A stretch of 64,000 nt of DNA from Octopus vulgaris (lineage: Eukaryota). Below are positions 41,490 to 53,419 of this stretch, piece by piece (position 1 is the stretch's first letter; every line of letters starts with the position of its first letter). The stretch spans positions 90,458,001 to 90,522,000 of the forward strand of contig OX597815.1 in assembly GCA_951406725.2 (NCBI GenBank), in the 5' to 3' direction. The notes below the pieces were generated by a model. It was not told the DNA's origin. It made no database searches and saw nothing but the letters and a program-made list of their open reading frames with translations. A program made the position numbers and the translations under genes.

Positions 41490-41662
41490 TATTTCAAAAC
41501 ATTTGCCATAAAGGCAGTACACAGATTAAGTTAGCTTTGCGGGCTGGACGAGGACATTAATGAAGTGAATGATAATGAAAGACAGATGATAAGGATGGGA
41601 GAAGACAAAAAGCGCCCGCCGACTCTCGCTTCTCTAAAACATTGTTCTTTTTAAAGATAAAC

Positions 41663-41799
41663 ACAAAACGAGGTATTAAACCTCTTACAATTTTTCCAAT
41701 TTTTGGACTTAGCAGTCCATTATTAATAAAAATACAAAACGAGGTATTAAACCTCCTACAAATTTTCAATTTTTGGACTTAGCAGTCCATTTATTAATA
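41663..41799. repeat. 71-bp direct tandem duplication with two hairpins per unit
   Basis: Units start at 41663 and 41734; GAGGT-ATTAA-ACCTC and TGGACT-TAGC-AGTCCA are present in both. Confidence 0.9.
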
Positions 41800-41814
41800 C
41801 TAACAGTTCAATAA

Positions 41815-43050
41815 TTACATATCGTCCTCGAAATAGCTTGTGCCCGCGCCCTCCACCACCAACCACGCCTCCCTCAGAACGTAATCAAGTTCCGAGTTCG
41901 CGTCGCCCGGGACCAAGCTATAATCTTCATTGAGCTCCTTTAGCCCAAGCGTTACGTCGAACGCCACGGCCTCCACAGCTACCTGCGGAGGCCATTCGGG
42001 GTCCTGTGTGAAGGCTAAAGGTGCTCCCTTGTGGTGCTCTTCCATCATTTTTTTTTCAATTTCTCCTCCTCTATAGAAGAGGACCAATACGTTCAGTTCT
42101 TTCGTTGGCGGCACAGTTCCCGCCAACGGTATTCCTTCTCTTGTCGGTGGCACAACCCCAATCGACGTAGTTCCGGGACATTCCGGTGCTACACTGACAG
42201 CCGGTAATGTCCCGTTTTTCTTCCTCTTTTTCTTTTTTTCCTTTTCAACTGAGGGAGGGTGCGTCTCCTCCGTGGCTGGAAGATTCGCCTTCCTCTCCTC
42301 ATCCCTATTATCCTTTGGTGAGCACCCATTGTTGCTCACCTTCCTCTTTCGGCCTCTGTTTGAGGAGTCCTCTGCTTTCTCGGCCGTTATCGTTCCCTCT
42401 TCTAGAGGGGTTTTACTTAACTGTTCCGGGATCCTATTTTGTTCCCGAGGACAGTTCTTCTTTATGTGGCCGGACTCCAAGCACCGATGACACTTAGGGG
42501 GCGACCCTCAAGCATCACCGGGTACCTGCACCCGGCCATTTTCAAAAAATCTGGAAGAACCAGATTGGCTGATTGGGTCCACAGGGTCAAATTTGCTTTT
42601 GACCCAACCCAAGCAGCCGCAGGAAGAACTTTACATTAAGGAGCTTAGTTTCGCTGCCACCCAAACCCCGGCGGATAGTCTCCTCTATCCACTCGGGTTC
42701 TATGTCGGGTGGCAGCCCGCAAATCCAAGCTTTCATCAATTTCTTTTTTTGTACGTGGGCAGGAATAAGATTTCCTTACCCTCCAGGGGTTTGCTAGCAA
42801 ATTTGCAAGCCTCTTCAGGGGTCTCAAATAGCAACCACACCGTTGCATATTTGACACCCCTGGAAATGAATTTAATTGTTGGCAAATACTCTTCCAACTC
42901 CTTTTCAATTGCCGTCTTTTCGAATAGGGCGATGGTGTCGAGTGCCTTGGAGTAGGTTCTCAACACCACCGTCCTATCTTCACGGTCTTTTAACCACTTT
43001 TTAGGTGGTATGATTTCCCATTCCAAAATTTTGTTATTTTTCATTGCCAT
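41815..43050 (-). CDS. L1/Tx1-type ORF1p (RRM-like region + CCHC knuckle + unknown C-terminal domain), three apparent 1-bp frameshifts
   Basis: MAMKNN...VWLLFETPEEACKF...AWICGLPPDIEPEWI...LPDFLKMAGCRYPVMLEGRP(P)KCHRCLESGHIKKNCP...; ~412 aa if one base is added in each of an A7, an A3 and a C5 run. Confidence 0.8.
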
Positions 43051-43753
43051 GTTTTTTTTTAAATATATTCAAATTAAACTCAAAAAGCAAGAAGAAAAAA
43101 GTTCAAAAGTCCAAATAAAATTTGATAGATTTTTGAAAAAACAAAAAGGAGAAAGCACAACAGAAGGGAAGAAATCAACGGAAAGTCGCAATAAAGAAAA
43201 AAAACAAAAGGCGGGGTTAAATGAAGTTCAAAAGAAAGTTAATAAACAGAAAAAACACAGCAAAAATATTCTGGTCTTGCGGTACTCCCGGCCTGGGTTG
43301 AACCTGGAACGCCGCAACTGCAACACAACCTCCACAAAAATGGGTCCGAAAGGTAACCCAATAGTGGCTTATTTTTATAATTTTCTTGCGAAATACTCTG
43401 ACAAGGGAATAAATTCAACAAACCCAAACACAGCACTGGCTACCGCCAACGGTAATTTTAACAGTAACTGTATTGAATTCCGAGGATACGCCCCTCCACT
43501 GTTTTTTCTTTTTTTTTCAATGAACACAAAAACGGCAGCCGCCGAGAGCAGGCGATATTGTCTCAGAGTTGGACACAACTTACTGAAATAATAATTGGCA
43601 CGCAATAAATTATGCCCAACTCACAATAAACAAAATCACTTACCTCGACAACTTTCCGTTTTTGGTCTTTTTTCTTTAATTGGACGGAGCTGGTTGACTC
43701 GCGTCCACTCTGGCTGAACAGGAAGCAACTGACTAACTGCGCATGTGTGTTAG

Positions 43754-43788
43754 CAAGCTACTTACCACACATCCACTCCTGCGCCTAT
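43754..43788 (-). mobile_element. 5' head of the split SINE
   Basis: Reverse complement TAGGCGCAGGAGTGGATGTGTGGTAAGTAGCTTG continues the SINE at 41113-41489. Confidence 0.85.
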
Positions 43789-45342
43789 AATTCAACTATT
43801 TTTAATATTTTTAAAGTTTTGTTAGGATGATGGTAAATATGATGTCATCCATAATCCTAAGGATAACAATGATAGCGTCGACAACAACGACGATGGCGTT
43901 GTCGACGGCAAAGACGACGACAATGACAGCGGCGACGGCGGCGGTAATAACAACGACGACAACGCGATAATAATGAAAAGAATTCTTTCGAGTATAAGAC
44001 TTTTAGTACTGATGTTTCCTGTTAACATCGTTGTAAGATGTAACTGTACAATTGTATGCATATATTAGAAATGGCTATTTGTTCACTAGTGTGTCTGAGT
44101 GTGTGCGCGTGCGCACTTCTGTACGTGTGAGCGCATGTGTGGTCTTAAAAACATTATCAAAGTCCAGTGTAAACGTTTAATAGAAAAGACGTCATCATCA
44201 CCTTCGCCATCTATTTATTCTACAAGAGGTTATCTCTTCTCTTCATAGTCTGCATTGTTTCGGCGTGTTTTTTGTGTTCTTTGTTTTGTTTATGCATTGG
44301 TGGGGTAAGGTCTGTTAATTTTTAAAACTGATTTATAACCGATATCCTACCAATCATCGAATGCATACTATTGGGTACAAATTTAATGTTTTTTATAGCA
44401 TTATTTCATTCAATCTATATTTGTTGAAGATAGAACCCCATGGAAAATTACATAAGCACTTAATTCAATATATGTAAATTTTCACATAAAAGTGAGCGCA
44501 GGACAGTTGAAACAACTTTTCTCTTCGTTTTATTTTTAAGATTCTACTTTCGGTTCCTTGTAGAGCAATAAATCTACCAATTCAGCCGTTTCAACACCAT
44601 CAAGATTTCGTCTAGTGGCGTATGAATCTAGCTGTTGTTTTATTGTGACTTTTATTAAAAATTCTAGGTGAAAGATCATATAAATATTGTTGCGTAAGAT
44701 TTTTACTTCATTATCGGCGGTTTTTAAATGTTGTCACGGTTCATGTTAGATATATTACAGTAGCTAGAAAATATTGGGCTTGATATGTATAATAGTATAT
44801 TACTGGAATATGTACGAATTTGGGGAGATTTATATGGCGAAATTTTGAGGCTGCCGTTTCCTCTGAGTGAACAAAATCTTAATCTTTCTCCCTCTCTCCC
44901 TCTCTTTCATTCTTTCATCCTCTCTCTTTACCACTCCCTCTCACTCATTCTCTCTCATAAAAGTCATAGCTACGAGTAGTCAAACTTCATTTTCTCCATG
45001 ACATGAATATATATCCAATCTCAAGAATTTCGCTAGAATCATCATAGGAATAGTTACTATGATCTTATGTTAGATTTGCTACATGACATACTTACTCTAT
45101 GTTACTTCACTGGTAATATGCGTAGGTATTCTATATATTATTTTTGTTTCATCGTCTTTTCCTAGGTGGTTTTAGGTTCTATCAAATAATATAGTGTTTA
45201 TTCACGAAAAAGTATCATAGCAAGGTTTAGTGTTAATATTAGGGGAAAATGCGATTTTCGTTAGCGGGCGTATAGAAGTTATTCAATATCATTAAACCTC
45301 ACCGTCGACAAACCGTCTATATTTGGGTTATCTCCGCTCTCA

Positions 45343-45409
<67 letters not shown>

Positions 45410-45544
45410 GCACTTCATACAACATTAAGTGTTTTAAACTATTATTTTTTACAAAATAGGTGCTTTTGCGCCCTGTCACAATTATTGACGATCAATTTTT
45501 TTCTTTTATGGTTTTAAATTGCGGCAAGCTGTTTATAATATATA

Positions 45545-46788
45545 TACATGGTGCGTAAGATATTTGAGGACAGATATATGGTTATGAAAACAAAAGAAGA
45601 TATATAATATCAGATGACAACTTTAATCATCAACAAATGCTATGAGGATAAAAATAAACCTCCTTTTCTAAAATGTTATCCAATAAAGCCACCTTCAGCT
45701 TCAGCTACTGCTTCTGTGTCAAATGTAAATCATCTACATACTCGAATCAATTGGCTCTGGTTCATTTTCGACATTACTCTGACTATGGCAGCTTTCAAAG
45801 AATCTTTGATGTTATGCGCATGTTCATTGACCTATCCCTCAATAATGCTCCACATATGATAGTCCAATGGATTGAGATCTGGGGAATTAGGAGGCCAATT
45901 ATTAGGGGTCATGTGATCATGAACATTTTCAGCCATCCATTCCTGTGTTACTAGAGGTATGTGTGAGAGTGCAGAGTTTTACTGAAACACATATGACTTT
46001 CCATTGCATACACTGTCTATCCAGGGCTTAACAATTATTTTCAGGACCTCAATGTAGGCAGCAGAGTTAACTATAAGGGCCTGTAGAAAGAAGTAAGAAG
46101 GCATCACATGTCCTTCATTGATGACAACTCCTAAAACCATGACAATTGTAGGAAATTTTGTATGCATATGATTTCAGAGGGGTCTGCACATAACCATCTG
46201 AAATTTCTTCGGTTACCTTTTTGATCTTAATCGAAGTTTTTTCTCGTTTGAGGAAAACCAAGTCAAATCTTCTGCTGGATTTTTGAGTTTATTTAAGAAC
46301 CTTTTAGATCTGCTGCAGTGATTTTCGTTTGTTTTTTCTGACGAATTGGCCTTTCCTTATCATGTAAGACTCATATCTGGTGTCTTCGTGGACAATATTT
46401 CTGACTGTTCCTTCTGACACATGGATAACTTTTGCAATTGACTTCATGGACTTTCTGGTATTGAACTTGCTGGATAAATTCAGGTTTTCCGATGATTTCA
46501 GAGCGTTTAGAATGCTTTCTATGCTTTGACACTGGTGATACGTTTCCATCTTCAGTCTCTAGCTCCTTACAAACTTTGTAGACAAAAGATTTGGCAACTT
46601 TTAAGAATCGAGATATTTTTAAATCTCTATGCTCAGCGTTTATAACCACAATGACGGCATGTCTCTTCATTTCTTAAGTAAGCTGAGTGTCATATATTAT
46701 TATTTTCTGAAACATATATTATAGAGTTAGCAAAAAAATGCAGCGATGACCCAAAAGAGGTGTCCTCAAATACCTCACGCACCCTGTA
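45545..46788 (-). mobile_element. Full-length decayed Tc1/mariner-superfamily transposon, probably maT/DD37D-like
   Basis: TA TSDs; 26-bp TIRs at 45547-45572 and 46761-46786; HTH region MKRHAVIV..., VMVLGVVINEG, YVFQ*NSALSH and PPNSPDLNPLDY (third catalytic residue D). Confidence 0.9.
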
Positions 46789-46791
46789 TAC

Positions 46792-46841
<50 letters not shown>

Positions 46842-46844
46842 ATT

Positions 46845-47175
46845 CTTTCATTCTTTTACTCGTTTCAGTTACTTGACTGCGGCCATGCTGGAGCCATACC
46901 TTTAGTCGAACAATTCTATCCAAGGACGTATACTTTGTAAGCCTAGTACTTCTCCTATCGGTCTTTTTTGCCGAACCACTAAGTTATGGGAACGTAAACA
47001 CACCAACATTGGCAGTCAAGTGATGGTGAGGGGACACATATTGACACACAAACACATACGTCCAGCTTCTTTCAGTTTCTGTCTACCAAATTCACTCACA
47101 AGGTGCCATGCAGTGGGACTGAACCTGTAGCCAGGTGGTTGGGAAGTAAGCTTCTTACCACACACCCATGCCTAT
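46845..47175 (-). mobile_element. tRNA-derived SINE with uninterrupted head
   Basis: Same family as 35620 and 41113; shows the empty site GTAAGCTTCTTACCACAC. Confidence 0.85.
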
Positions 47176-48774
47176 ATATATATATATACATACACACATT
47201 GCTTATAAACAATTCAATTGATCACTTCAGTTGTACAATTGCCTTTTTTCATCTGTTCTATATAAAATATTAATTTACAACTGGGAGGTTAATGTCAACA
47301 AATTGTCGGAGCACAGACTTAATTTGTATAGTATTTGGATTAAAATCCATCTTTATTGAAAGAATGTATCACAATTAAGATTTTGCAGGTAAAATGTTGC
47401 CTGAATAATTTAAAAGTTTAACGATTTAAAGAAAAATTACTATATAGTAGGACTTTAAATCATTTATTTGCATCATTTATTAGAGCATTGCATATAATTA
47501 AATCTCTCCACACATCTCCATGGATGAAAATCTAAGAACATAGATATTTCTGTGATGTATCTGTGTTTGTTTGCTATTACAGCAAGGAATATTAAATTAA
47601 TCCGAATGCTATAAAACTATTCATTAATTTCCAAATTGCAATCTACCTGTCACCATCTATCACATCTTCCCTCGTGCCAGCTGGCTTTTGAACAAATATT
47701 CCTAAAACATGTTTAATGTCTCTTTGGCGCACAAACTAAGTTCTGTTCAGTTGTAGATTCATGTCGTGAAGTAAATATCATATATATATTCTCTGAGACG
47801 AGACGGATGATAGTCTTGTAACAACTAACATTCCCAGGCAGGTACATGAATAGAGAAAAACAGAGAAAAGTGTTCTGCAGAAACACAGCAGTGAATATGA
47901 ATTTGTGACCTATGAGCGTGTAATCCAGAACTGTATCAACTTGATACTTCGACCATCTGTATGCAACCAGCTGATTATGATTTTTGAGATAAACTTCAGT
48001 TGTTAACCTGTCATGAGTTATGGCCTACACTAATCGTCCTTTTTAGAGCTGTCTTTTATAACATAGATATACCGTACTTCGATAACTGAACGTTTCGCTT
48101 TAAATCCTTTTAATGCCGTAGATGCTTTGGTGGTAATCATGTTGACAGCAGTGTTGCAGGTTATCATGGTGGGTGATGAGCAAAATGCTTGTATTTTCTT
48201 ATTGTTCTCATTGCTGTTGTTGTAATACTGTCGCTTTTTTAGTGATGATGTTGATATTGGTACTAGCGATAGTTGAGGTCGTCGTCGTTGTCGTCGTTTT
48301 TCTTTGGGTTTTTTTTCGTGGTGATTACTTCTGTTACTTGTATTCATCTAATACTTTTTATTGTATTATTTCTCAGAAAACTGTATACTTATGAGATCAC
48401 TGTCTTCGGGGTTTTAGCACAGTGAACCTCTGAATAAGTTGCTGAATAAATGCTGAATAATGGATTATACAGATCTATTGAAACAAAAAAGAAAGTGAAA
48501 TATTTATCAAATGTCATTAGAATAGAAATTGCGATGTTTGTGCAGTTCAATTACAGAACTACACAGTGATGTTTATATAACTCTACGATTCCTAGATATA
48601 ATCTTTCCAATTATTTTAACATTTAACATTCCAATATTTTAACATTTAAACACATTATTCTGCGTTAGCTTATATGCACTGATTAGTAATCAGCTTGTAT
48701 AAAGTATGCAATAGGCAATGCTGGAGAGTATAAGGTAACAAATATAGAAATATATATATATATATATATATATA

Positions 48775-48962
48775 AACAGGGAGAGTTTACGAAAAAAAAA
48801 ACAAAAGACGAAGACAGGTGGTGTACAAAACAAACAGATGTATTCGTATAACGCTCAGGAATTGAAAAAGTCTTTTACGTTTCCAGGCTACGCTCTTCTA
48901 CAGAAAGGGACACAGAAAAAAACAAGGGGAGAAATAAGGAGAGAAAAAACTGTGTGTAGTGG

Positions 48963-48965
<3 letters not shown>
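48775..48965 (-). mobile_element. Short (TA)n-flanked segment with a degenerate hammerhead-like motif
   Basis: Reverse complement of 48871-48910: CTTT-CTGTAGA-A-GAGC-GTAG-CCTG-GAAA-CG-TA-AAAG; (TA)n on both sides. Confidence 0.45.
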
Positions 48966-49049
<84 letters not shown>

Positions 49050-49689
49050 ATATATATTTGTACATTAACACATATAAATGAATTACTGCGGTCATAAAAC
49101 TTTTCAATATTTTGTCACCTGTTTTGTCAGATGTATTTAGAAGCTCGACAAAAATACACGTCTTTATTCACTTAATGTATTTACTCTGTTAAACTAAAAT
49201 TATAAACAGTACCAATATCCATGGGCTGGACGTCACTATATTTATAGTTTATACTATTAGTTACATACGGCAAATAAATCCGAGTGAATTATTCGGCGTT
49301 CTCCGCTCCGGACTCTTATACAGACCTACCAGTCAATACAGAGCATATTATTAAGACACAAATGACAGAAAACCAGGATTTACATACTCACATTCATTAG
49401 CATACACCTTTTTCTGTTACGACTGGTCGGACATTCAAACATTTAACGTTTATTTGAGTGACACTGCAATTACCCTCAGAACGTTATAAGATAGCGAATG
49501 AGCATTCAACGCTGGATGCGTGTTTCCTAATAGCAGAAAAAACTGTAAAGGTGTACAAGTGGGTACATAACTCCTGTATTTTTTCTCATCTATTTATTAA
49601 TTTATATACATGATTCTGTGTGTGTGTATGGCATGTGTGAGGTTGAAAGTTTTTGTAACCGAAGTCTGAACAGAATGTGGAATACACTA

Positions 49690-49825
49690 TCGAAGTATAA
49701 ATTGCCGACGACAACGCATCACCAGCTCTTCACCAAAAGAATTTCAGGAATTTGCCAACAACTTCAAAAGTGCATATGATAATTTCGGTCTGAAATTCTG
49801 CATCCAGAAGACTAAAATACTTGCA
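49690..49825 (+). mobile_element. Small RTE-type RT fragment
   Basis: IADDNASPALHQK / EFQEFANNFKSAYDNFGLKFCIQKTKIL, around the YADD-like motif. Confidence 0.6.
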
Positions 49826-49886
49826 TCTTTTATACACGATCTTTTATACAATTTATTCTACACAATGCTTCACAGAAAATTATTCT

Positions 49887-50015
<129 letters not shown>

Positions 50016-50029
50016 ATTTATATTTCGAT

Positions 50030-50101
50030 GGCCAGATAACTGAAGAGATGGTGGTGTGGATTTCCACCTCGGCATCCGAAACTCAGAGTTTTATCTTGGC
50101 T
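50030..50101 (+). ncRNA. Type I hammerhead ribozyme
   Basis: Stem I GGCCA-GATAA / TTATC-T-TGGCT; core CTGAAGA (50040-50046); stem II GATG...CATC with inner hairpin GTGG-ATTT-CCAC; one extra C; GAAA (50078-50081); stem III ACTC-A-GAGT; GUU triplet, predicted cut after 50090. Confidence 0.8.
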
Positions 50102-50139
50102 ACCGAATAATTGTTACATATTACATTTATACCCCCCCC

Positions 50140-50172
<33 letters not shown>

Positions 50173-50194
50173 CATACATACATACATACATACA

Positions 50195-50228
<34 letters not shown>

Positions 50229-51999
50229 CATACATACATACATATATATATATATTGTTCTATATTTTTATATATTATATCATATTATTATATACGTAAC
50301 ATTATTTTAAATGATAAGTGTTATTTAATTTTAAGTTATTTAGAGTTGAAATATAATCAAATTCGATTCTATAATTGCCATACAATAGATTGATAAACAT
50401 ATTATGGCCATCTTCAAAAACATCTTCAAATCACATGTTTTGAACTAAAATAAATATTCGTTGCAATTATATTTGATTTGACTGTCATGTGAAATAATAT
50501 GTGATCTGCAGCATTAATTCAGTCTCCCAGATTTAAGTGAGTTTTTGGCAGAGGAAAGAATTACAAAACTTCTAAAAACCATGCTTTGAATCACAGATGT
50601 TAGAAATTTGTCATGAACTCATTTTTTCTCCACTGTCGTCGCCGTACCAAAAGCACATTCTCAAAATATTTTAGGCCTAATGATATTTGCAGTCATCTTT
50701 TCACTTTGGAAGAACTCCCTAATTATATTATCGAAAGGACACTGTCAAATATTGTAATGTGATTTGTTCTTCGCCATACTATTTTGATTTTATAGCTAGA
50801 TGAGGGGGAAGAATTTTCGGAAATATTTGTAATTCTGTATTCAGTGTCAGTACCACTATAAAAATATTCAAATATTAATCTAATCTCACTCATAACCAGT
50901 ACAACAAAATATATCAGAACGTAACGCATATCCCTTTATTTCTTGTTAAACCTTTTCTTTCCAAATTTCTTTTACAGTTTTCTTTTTGTTTTCGTTTCTC
51001 TGAAGTTTTCTGAATTTTGGCTTTCTCATTCGATCTAGATTTTGTTCTTTTCAATATTCATCTGCTTGTACATTCAAGTATATGCATCTGATATATCTAT
51101 ATATCTTATTAGTTCATATATATCTTTTTTCAGTAAATTTATTGTTGCTATCCTATTGTGGTTTTCAATATTTAGTCTAAAATATTGTTTATTGAAACTC
51201 AACTTAGTATATGTGTTGATCGCCCCCCCCCCCATTTATTTCTTCGTGTAGTATATTCGCCAAACTAAAACACCTACATTAACTTAAAGTGTACTTTCTC
51301 TAAATAAATGTGTTATTATTTATGTTCTGTGATGTCATACATTCTATCGAAGATTATGAGAAGTTATCGGCAGTTATTTTGTATATTTTATTAGATACAA
51401 CCGGGAAAACTCATTCAACTTATAGAACTCATAGCTCTAATTTCGTTAATATTATGACAAGAGTGATATTCTTTTCAACAGATGAGTCACAGTGCTATAA
51501 TTCTCAGTAATGAAGTGATCACAGCACATCGACAGATACACATCCACACACACATGCATACGTACACGCACATACACACGCTCTAACACGCACTCACACA
51601 TGTACACGTGCAAACAAATTCTCACATTCATACATACATACACATGAGTTTTACCTTGAAAAAATTCAGTTCTAAAACTGAAAGGAAACATTTCAGTTCA
51701 AGAAGCAAAGAATAGTTCTTTCTAACTCGGTCCGATGCAGTGAGATACACACATGACACATGACCTTATTGACCAACTATTTATAAATTTGTTAGTTACG
51801 AGGCGAAAAGAAGCCACCTATGGTTCAGATTGTTCAATTAGTTTATGATTAAAATTTAAACAGTCAGTGTAAATGAGGATCCATGTGTGGTAGTGACTGC
51901 AGGAAATATGAATGCGACATGACTCCATAGAGTCGCATATTCTGTCATGGGATTATAATCTTGAAATTATTTCAGAGCTAATGAAATGCATATTTCTCC

Positions 52000-52013
52000 A
52001 CACACACACACAC

Positions 52014-52072
<59 letters not shown>

Positions 52073-52325
52073 GAATGATATATAGATAGAGAGAAGATGT
52101 GACAGAAACGTTTGTATGCACGTATGCATATGTAAATGTATGAATGCATGTATATGTAAGTACGTACATATGTATGTACGTAATTACGTACGTAGGCACG
52201 TATGTATGTTTGCATGTATGTACGTATGTATGTATGTATTTATGTATGTATGTATGTATGTATGTTTGTATGTATGTATGTATGTATGTATGTATGTATG
52301 TATGTATGTATGTATGTATGTATGG
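52000..52325. repeat. (CA)n/(TA)n/(TATG)n microsatellite cluster
   Basis: Directly visible. Confidence 0.9.
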
Positions 52326-53419
52326 TGCATGTATATAATCCTCGTAATGCTTGCTCATATCCTCTTTGCTCATTGCGTCTAGAATTTCAAACAGAATTTA
52401 CCTACTTTGAAATTAGTGCTATAGCAGTATACCAATGCAATTTAGATTAAATTTCCTAATGTGCATTAGCGTCACTCTTAATATGCACCCTTTTTCGTGT
52501 CTTTCTCCCTGCATGTCTGTCTGTTTGTCGCTCTCTCTCTCTCTCTCATTCTTTCTCGCTCACTCTCTTCCTCCTCTCTCTCCCTCTTTCTCACTTTATG
52601 ATTTATGGAATATAATTTAATATGCACATACTATTTTGAAGTTAGTTTGCCCCACAGATGAGAATGTAACAACGGCTAACGATTAAAATGCTGAAAACAT
52701 TAATATTTCTCAGTTAATATTTCATTAATGGTTTGTAGTTCCCTTTTTCTGCTTTGTCTTTGAACTTCTAATTTTTGATAATGTTCACTAATAGAATCAA
52801 ACTAGTATTATTTTATTTTACTTTTGTGTTCTTTAGATCTACAACTAATAAACTTGAAGTTCAGAGGATCCCTAATATTCTCTCCCCGATTTTACTTTTC
52901 CTCTCTCCCTGTTATCTATGTTTTTATTTACAGATAAGAACTGCGTTGTAAGTGACCTAGAGTTGCCATTCCTCTATTCGCTAGATGATAATAACAAAGG
53001 ATACTTTATTTCTGTCTGTCATAACTCTAACTACACTGTTTATTGATTGCCTGACTGAGGCATAACACATCTACTTCCAATATATATCCAATATTTTTTA
53101 AAGTTTCTTTGAGTGTCATAATTACTGCATTTGATCATCACAAAATAACCAAGTATATTAGCGAAAAACAATGTATTAGATCCACCATAGATTACACGAG
53201 TAATTTCTGGCATTTAATCTAACATGGAAATCAGGAAAAATTACAAAGAGCACAACTAAGCAAAAATACACGAAAGAAATAAACCAACTCAGTGGCAACT
53301 TTTTTGAGCAGCAATCGCAGCCATAAAATTATAGTAAGTAAATGTTCTTTAATCTGCAAAGTGACTTCATAATCTAAAGAGCAAATTTCTCCTAGTCGTT
53401 CCAAACTGATAAAATATTG

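Larger units (their letters stand above)
41490..43753 (-). mobile_element. ORF1-only L1/Tx1-like non-autonomous retroelement with 10-bp TSD
   Basis: CAAGCTACTT at 41480-41489 and 43754-43763; ~700 bp 5' UTR, ORF1, and a ~325 bp 3' UTR ending in a hairpin and AATAAA; no RT or endonuclease sequence recognised. Confidence 0.8.

Noticed and set aside
43010-43591. 193 aa Lys-rich plus-strand ORF
   Set aside because: Antisense to the T-rich 5' UTR of the ORF1-only element; base composition explains it and no domain is recognisable.
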